Source: Alphaproteobacteria bacterium (GTDB lineage: Bacteria; Pseudomonadota; Alphaproteobacteria; Bin95). From it: a DNA stretch of 64,000 nucleotides. Every line of letters begins with the position of its first letter. Position 1 is the stretch's first letter. The DNA is taken from positions 4,288,001-4,352,000 of the forward strand of contig CBDBGH010000003.1 of assembly GCA_965205265.1 (NCBI GenBank), written 5' to 3'. Positions 58,421-64,000 of this stretch are shown here, one piece after another. The position numbers were made by a program, and so were the translations under genes. Under the pieces are notes generated by a model. It was not told the DNA's origin, did no database searches, and saw only the letters and a program-made list of their open reading frames with translations.

Positions 58421-59197
58421 ATGCTGACACATCCGACCCTCGACCAGATGCACGCCCTTGGCCTCAAGGGTATGGCCGAAGCCTGGCGCGACATGGCCGA
58501 AAAGGGCCAGGCATCCGAACTCGACCGCGAGGAATGGCTCGCCCTCATGCTCGACCGCGAAGCCGCAACACGCGCCGACAGGCGGCTCACCAACCGCCTC
58601 CGGCTGGCCAGGCTGCGCTTCCCCGAGGCCTGCATCGAGGATATCGACTTCGATCCCGCCCGCGGCCTCGATCGCCGCAATATCCTCTCCCTCGCCCAGG
58701 GCGAATGGCTCAAGACCCACGACAATCTGATCCTGGTCGGCCAGACCGGTACCGGAAAGACCTGGCTCGCATGCGCCTTCGGACATCAGGCCGCAAGGCT
58801 CGACCGCTCTGTCCTCTATGTCCGCATGCCCCGTCTCTTCGAGGACCTCGCCATGGCCCGCCTCGACGGAAGGCTCCCCAGGCTCATCGACAAGCTCGCA
58901 AGGGTCCAGCTCCTCATCCTCGACGACTGGGGTACACACGGCCTCGCCGACCGCCAGAGGCTCGATCTCCTCGAAATCTGCGAAGAACGATACCGTCGGC
59001 GGTCCACCCTCATCACCGCACAGCTCCCCGTCGCCAAATGGCACGACCTCATCGGCGAAGCCACCGTCGCTGACGCCATCCTCGACCGGATCGTCCACAA
59101 CGCCCACCGCATCGACCTGAAAGGCGAAAGCATGCGAAGGAAAAACGCCAGGCCCGACTTGACCCCGGCCGCCGCCGCGGAAGACAATCCCGGCTGA
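58421..59197 (+). CDS. istB: IS21 helper ATPase
   Basis: [20 protein letters not shown]. Confidence 0.93.
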   Translation: MLTHPTLDQMHALGLKGMAEAWRDMAEKGQASELDREEWLALMLDREAATRADRRLTNRLRLARLRFPEACIEDIDFDPARGLDRRNILSLAQGEWLKTHDNLILVGQTGTGKTWLACAFGHQAARLDRSVLYVRMPRLFEDLAMARLDGRLPRLIDKLARVQLLILDDWGTHGLADRQRLDLLEICEERYRRRSTLITAQLPVAKWHDLIGEATVADAILDRIVHNAHRIDLKGESMRRKNARPDLTPAAAAEDNPG

Positions 59198-59829
59198 CCA
59201 AAACCAGGCGCCCGGAGCCACGCTCAAGGCCGGCCGCGACTTAATGAAATCCGCGGCCGGGACTTAGTGAAATACCCGGCCGGAATCACTGAAATCCGCA
59301 GATCGACCACGTTGGCGAGTACCCGGGCCGTGGGCATCATGAACAGCGCGTCCTTCATGTGATGGGTGTAGGTCGAGCCGCCCTCGCCGCCCGCTTCCCC
59401 ATTGCCGCCGAGGGACTTGATGAACGGGAACACCCCGTCCCGGACCGTCTCGAACATTCGCTCCGGCGCGGTCTCCTTGAAGCGGGACCAGCGGAGATGT
59501 TCCTGACCGGGCGAAAAGATGGGCTCCTCGATGGGCGTCTTCGTCCGGTTTGCCTTGGCCTCTTTCAGGGTATGCAGTTCGTCCAGGCGCTTGATGAACA
59601 ACAGGTAGGTAAGCTGCTCGATGACCGAGAGCGGATTGGAGATGCCGCCCGACCACATGGTGTCCCATATGCGGTCGACCTTCGACCTGAGTTCCCCGGT
59701 GATCATCGTTCGTTACCTTCCTTAGTTTCTTTGATTCAAGATACCTCAAATCCGGCGAAGCGTACCGCGCCGCCTGCCGCCTTCAGCGCCCTCTGCGGGC
59801 ACCCTTAGCCGATCGAAGGAGATCTCTCT

Positions 59830-59965
59830 CGGAAATGTCGTGCAGATAGATCGCCTGCAGCCCCATCAGGCGCATCAGCAGCGCGCCCCATCGGCAGCCG
59901 ACTCGCACGAGCTGGCGGCGCAGATGAAGCGGCATGCTGCGGGTGCCGTAAAACGGATACTTCAC
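59830..59965 (-). pseudogene. IS3-family transposase remnant
   Basis: PFYG.R.M...LRR....V....LMRLMGLQAIY. Confidence 0.6.
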
Positions 59966-60005
59966 GCAAGAGCTCGTCGATCCGGCGAATCGGCGTCAGC
60001 GTCGG

Positions 60006-60296
60006 TCATGGCGGCTCTTTCTTGGCGGCATTCATGATCGCGTCGATATCGACGGGCGATATGTCCTCTCTCGACGAAGGCCGGCGATCGCCGGGGTCTA
60101 TCGTCAACGGGAGGTCCAAGGCTGCAAGGGTACGGAGAACCAGACCGAGCTCGGCACGGCACTTGCCGTGCTCAATGGCCACGACCCATTGCCGCCCGAC
60201 CCCCGCTTTGCGGGCGAACTCGGTCTGGCTCAGCTTGAGCTTGCGGCGCCTGTCGCGGATGGCCAGACCGAGGTCCAGGGGAGTTCGGATCTGCAT
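60006..60296 (-). CDS. HipB-like HTH antitoxin, orphan
   Basis: IRTPLDLG.AIRDRR..L.LSQ..AR.AGVGRQW...E.GK.RAELG. Confidence 0.8.
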   Translation of the reverse strand: MQIRTPLDLGLAIRDRRRKLKLSQTEFARKAGVGRQWVVAIEHGKCRAELGLVLRTLAALDLPLTIDPGDRRPSSREDISPVDIDAIMNAAKKEPP

Positions 60297-60718
60297 GATG
60301 GTCCGATGTCGTTGGCCGGCTGTTGCCCGGCTCAGTGCTTGAACGCCGATCAGCGCCATAAGCGATTGATCGCATTCGATCGTGAAGGGTCAGAGCCCGG
60401 TGCTTAACGACACTCGCCGCCCTGCGCCGTCTGCTGGACTGGACGGCCGGCGCCGCCGAAACGCCGCCCGAGCGCTTCGGCGGCTCGATGCACTGAGCCG
60501 GGGAGCGTTCGTCACCCCGGCGAACACGTTCGCCTGCGCCAGCCGGGCCGCTGCCGCAGGGAGGAACGGCGTGCGGACTTGAGCGCGGTCAGCGCCGGCT
60601 GGTGGCAGCCAGTCGGAGGTATCCGGATTTCCGGGCCGCTTCGGTCGGGGTTGAAGGCTTCTCTATCGAACACCGATGCGTTGCCGACAAATCCACGCCT
60701 GCCGGCTGTCCGGCGTCG

Positions 60719-60747
60719 TTGACGGCGGTCGGAGCCAACCATAGTCT
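60719..60747 (+). promoter_or_regulatory. Putative sigma70 promoter of the XRE/ImmA pair
   Basis: TTGACG-17 bp-TAGTCT. Confidence 0.5.
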
Positions 60748-60809
60748 CGCCGGCCTGATCGGCGATGCCGGCCCGACCGGATATCGACACGGGGAACAGG
60801 TGTCTGGAC

Positions 60810-61148
60810 ATGAACGACCGGACCGGCTTCGGCCCGGTGATTTCCCGGCTCCGCAAGGCGAAGGGGCTGAGCCAGAAGGACCTCGCCGCGCGCATCAGGC
60901 GCGAGGACGGCGCTGCGATCTCGCCGCAATACCTGAACGATATCGAACGCGGGCGCCGCAACGCGCCTCCCGATCATCTCGTCCGTCAGTTCGCCGAGGT
61001 TCTGGAAATCGACGCGGACTACCTCTTCTCGCTTGCAAACCGGCTGCCGGAGGACCTGCGGGACGACATCCAGGCGGGACGCCTGTCGGAGGACGACATA
61101 TCCGAAGTGATGATGGCGTTCCGCCGCCGGCGTGACACCCAGGACTGA
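60810..61148 (+). CDS. XRE-family repressor (ImmR-like)
   Basis: LRKAKGLSQKDLA..ISPQYLNDIERGRR. Confidence 0.88.
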   Translation: MNDRTGFGPVISRLRKAKGLSQKDLAARIRREDGAAISPQYLNDIERGRRNAPPDHLVRQFAEVLEIDADYLFSLANRLPEDLRDDIQAGRLSEDDISEVMMAFRRRRDTQD

Positions 61149-61167
61149 CCGGGGCCGGAAATCCGGA

Positions 61168-61851
61168 ATGATCCGATTGCGTCCGAGACGAATGGTCGAG
61201 GATGCCACCGGGCGTTTCCCGGCGCGGCCGGTCTTCGGGATAACGGACATGGATCACGACTGCGAGCGGATCGTCATGGACTTCCTGATGGCTCGCCACG
61301 GACAGGTTCGTTATCCGTTGGCGACCGACGACCTTACGGCGCTGATCGAGCGGGATACGGAGGACCTCGATCTCTACGCCGATCTCCGTCGGTATGGCGA
61401 CCATGTCGAGGGCGTGACGATCTTCAACCCGGGCGGCAAGCCGAGCGTGAAGATCAGCCGGGGTCTGACGGTCAGCCGGCGCCAGGTCAACCGGTACCGC
61501 AGCACGCTCGCCCACGAATACGCCCATGTCCTGCTGCACGCCCCTCTCTTCGACGATTCTGCCGGGCGACCGGTGTCGGAGCGAACGTCCCGTGGCGTGG
61601 ACTGGATGGAATGGCAGGCCAACTATGCCGCCTTTGCACTGCTGATGCCGAAGACCGGGCTGGCACTCGCGGTCGAGGAGCATGCCGACGAGTGGGTGAG
61701 ATATGCCCCGCCGCAAGCGGCCAGCGCCGAAGGCGTGAGCATGATCCGCGCGGTGAGCCGGCGCTTCGCCGTTTCCGGCGCCGCCGCTCGTATCCGGCTT
61801 GAGCAGCACTTCTATCTCCAGATTGAACGCCGGCACCCGGAAACAGTCTGA
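61168..61851 (+). CDS. ImmA/IrrE-family Zn metallopeptidase
   Basis: R.TLAHEYAH, EWQAN..A.ALLMP, F.VS..AA.IRL. Confidence 0.88.
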   Translation: MIRLRPRRMVEDATGRFPARPVFGITDMDHDCERIVMDFLMARHGQVRYPLATDDLTALIERDTEDLDLYADLRRYGDHVEGVTIFNPGGKPSVKISRGLTVSRRQVNRYRSTLAHEYAHVLLHAPLFDDSAGRPVSERTSRGVDWMEWQANYAAFALLMPKTGLALAVEEHADEWVRYAPPQAASAEGVSMIRAVSRRFAVSGAAARIRLEQHFYLQIERRHPETV

Positions 61852-61895
61852 AAAAAAGCGCGGCAAGGGGCTTGTGGTGCCTTGCGCAGGGATGC

Positions 61896-61927
61896 TACGC
61901 AATTACGCGGATATGCGGATACGCCGA
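61896..61927 (+). repeat. Four tandem 8-bp imperfect repeats, candidate operator
   Basis: TACGCAAT TACGCGGA TATGCGGA TACGCCGA. Confidence 0.6.
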
Positions 61928-61974
61928 AATCGGTAATGATTACTGCCATTGCCGGATGCAACGGAAGGAACGCC

Positions 61975-62610
61975 ATGACGCTTTCGCTCGCAGGCTTCGA
62001 CTACTTCTTCCATGCCCAAGAGACCACGGGCGGACTGGTCCGGACCGAGTGGTCGATCGCGCCCTCCGGGGAAATGGACGAAGACCAGGCGAAGCAGGAA
62101 ATGTGGGCGCTCGCCCACGCCCACGCCGATCTGCTCGACCGGACGTTCCAAGGCCTGGTCGAGGGACACCGCTCGCCAACCCTGGCGGCCGCACCGCAAT
62201 CGACCATGTTCACCTGGACTATCCGCTACACGCTCACCGAGATCGGGCGGCGACAAATCCGCTCGCGGCTCGCGGACATGTTCGGCCTCGACCGCATCGA
62301 CGGGCGCGGCGAGTTCGAGCGGGCGCAGACATTCGAAGCGGGGATCATCCTGCATGTGATGCGTGCCATCGTCGCCGGCCACCGCGACGATGCCAAGTTG
62401 TCCCTGAAGGTCGAGCACAAGCTGGGCCATGCCGTAAACGTCTGCCTGCTGAGGCATCTGCGAGAGACCGGCGGACTGGAGATCGATGCGGCAACCGCCG
62501 CTCAGATGGACCGGCTGGAAACCCTTCTGGCTGTCGTCGACGACCGCTGGACGCCCGAGTTCCCCGTCCCGTTTGCAAACCCGGACGCCCCTGCCGCTCC
62601 GGAATCCTGA
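61975..62610 (+). CDS. Hypothetical protein
   Basis: SD AAGGA, 211-aa protein-like ORF. Confidence 0.6.
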   Translation: MTLSLAGFDYFFHAQETTGGLVRTEWSIAPSGEMDEDQAKQEMWALAHAHADLLDRTFQGLVEGHRSPTLAAAPQSTMFTWTIRYTLTEIGRRQIRSRLADMFGLDRIDGRGEFERAQTFEAGIILHVMRAIVAGHRDDAKLSLKVEHKLGHAVNVCLLRHLRETGGLEIDAATAAQMDRLETLLAVVDDRWTPEFPVPFANPDAPAAPES

Positions 62611-62634
62611 AGCCCGAAGAGGAACCTGCCTGCC

Positions 62635-63146
62635 ATGGCCGACGACAAGAAATCCCGCCCGGGCCTGATGACCCGGCTCAGGAACATCTCCCCCCGCACC
62701 AGCCTGAAATGGGCAGCCGGTATTGCCTTGCTGCTTCTCGCCAACGCCTCGTTCTCCATCATCGAGGAAGGGCATGTCGGCGTCGTCAAGCGATGGGGCA
62801 AGGCCGTCGTCCAGCTCGACCCGGGCTTCCACTTCAAGCTGCCGGTCGCCGAGACGGTCGAGCATATCGAGGTCCGTCAGCGTACCAATATCGAGTTCCT
62901 GAGCGCCGCCACGCAGGACCAGCTTCCGATCACCGCCACCGTCAGCGTCAACTGGACCGTCAATCGCGAATCGGCCATGGCGCTGTTCATTGCCTATAGC
63001 GGGCTCGATCAGTTCGAGGCCCGTATCCTCGACCCGAAACAGCGTTCGGCGGCCAAGGCGGCGCTGTCGATGTTCCCGGCCGACCGGATGATCCGCAATC
63101 GCCAGAAGGCCGTCGCCGCGATCATGACCGGCATGACAGCCGAATT
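62635..63146 (+). pseudogene. SPFH/prohibitin (band 7) protein interrupted by IS copy 4
   Basis: TM anchor, EGHVGVV.RWGK..LDPG.HFKLP; frame runs into the IS left end. Confidence 0.85.
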
Positions 63147-64000
63147 CCTGACTTCGACGGTTGGGCTGACTTCTGACCGATCTCGCGTCTGGAGTTTTCA
63201 GTAAAGCCAATGAGTTGGCAGTTGCGGTGCGGTCAAGCTGCGTTGTAGTGCCTAGTAAATCTTTGAGACTGTCAATGCCTCCGCCACGCGCTACACTCCC
63301 CCCATGTTCGTGCGCATCAAGACCTCCCCCAACAGCCCGCGACGCTCGGTCCAGATCGTCGAGGCCGTGCGCGACGGCGGCAAGGTCCGACAGCGCATCG
63401 TCCGCCATGTCGGCGTGGCCATGGACGAGGACGAGCTCGAGCGCCTGAGGCAGCTCGGCGAGTACGTCAAGGCGAAGCTGGAGGACGAGCGTCAGCCGGC
63501 ATTGTTTGCGCCCGAGAAGATCGCTGAGCAGGCGATCCGTGTCGGCCGCCGGGGGGACGGCAAGGAGGAACTCCCGGTCGACCTCAAGCAGCTTGAAGAG
63601 GAGCAGCGCCTGATCACAGGCATCCACGAGGTCTATGGCGAGATCTACCGGCTGCTGGGCCTCGACGCGCTGCTGCCGCGCTCGCGCTACCGGGCCTCCC
63701 ATGACGCGCTGTTCCATGTGGTGATGGCGCGGGTAGCCAACCCCGACAGCAAGCGGGGCAGCGTGCGCCGGCTCGAGGAGGACTTCGGCGTGAGTCTTCC
63801 GCTCGAGAAGGTCTACCGGATGATGGATCAGCTCGACGCGACGGTGATCGAGCGACTGCGCACGCGCGTCGGCGAGGCGAGCCGGTCGCTGCTGCCGGAG
63901 CCGGTCGCGATCCTCTTCTTCGATTGCACCACGCTCTACTTCGAGACGGCCGCCGAGGACGAGCTTCGCCAGCACGGCTTCAGCAAGGACGGCAAACACA
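63147..64000 (+). mobile_element. IS1634-family element, copy 4 (cut by the window edge; transposase starts at 63304)
   Basis: Same left TIR and 5' transposase sequence. Confidence 0.93.

Larger units (their letters stand above)
56702..59300 (+). mobile_element. IS21-family element (2599 bp) with 7-bp TSD GATCGAC
   Basis: TG...CA ends; repeated AAGTCCCGGCCG-type motifs at both ends; GATCGAC at 56695-56701 and 59301-59307. Confidence 0.93.
55613..59706 (-). pseudogene. hsdM: Type I RM methyltransferase split by IS21 (pieces 59301-59706 and 55613-56701)
   Basis: MITGELRSKVD..NPL.VIEQ; NGQFRTPRH, DPACGT, NPPF; rejoins as ..ANVVD|QLDGID. Confidence 0.92.

Noticed and set aside
61903-63999. 698-aa minus-strand ORF
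   Set aside because: Antisense chimera across the IS, SPFH and hypothetical genes
1-64000. tRNA, rRNA or integron attC sites
   Set aside because: None recognised by eye; tRNAscan-SE, Infernal or IntegronFinder would be needed to exclude them formally

Overview
GC-rich bacterial accessory region, probably proteobacterial, that reads as a decaying integrated element plus defence island. Left to right: two RTX Ca-binding repeat genes; a defence cluster (Druantia DruA-like gene broken by two IS copies, degenerate HU, an unknown gene pair with a PD-(D/E)xK nuclease, Kiwa kwaAB); a ~22 kb co-oriented plasmid/ICE maintenance or leading-region block (PAPS-reductase-like, MoxR AAA/DUF3150-like/vWA trio, ParB, GHKL ATPase, RadC, HEPN-like + HNH pair, strawberry-notch methylase/helicase, HigBA, SLOG); a group II intron joined to a 5'-truncated tyrosine recombinase and a second intact one; a 9-gene catabolic/ABC operon; a type I RM locus hit by IS1634 and IS21; and an XRE/ImmA pair before an IS-truncated SPFH gene. 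Four apparently identical, co-oriented IS1634-family copies (1916 bp; the fourth is cut by the window edge) are present. Two carry very long target duplications (185 and 528 bp), and the 528-bp one regenerates an intact hsdR. A 24-bp palindromic element is inserted in frame in coding genes. No rRNA, tRNA or CRISPR was seen. All protein assignments come from motif recognition by eye, not database searches.
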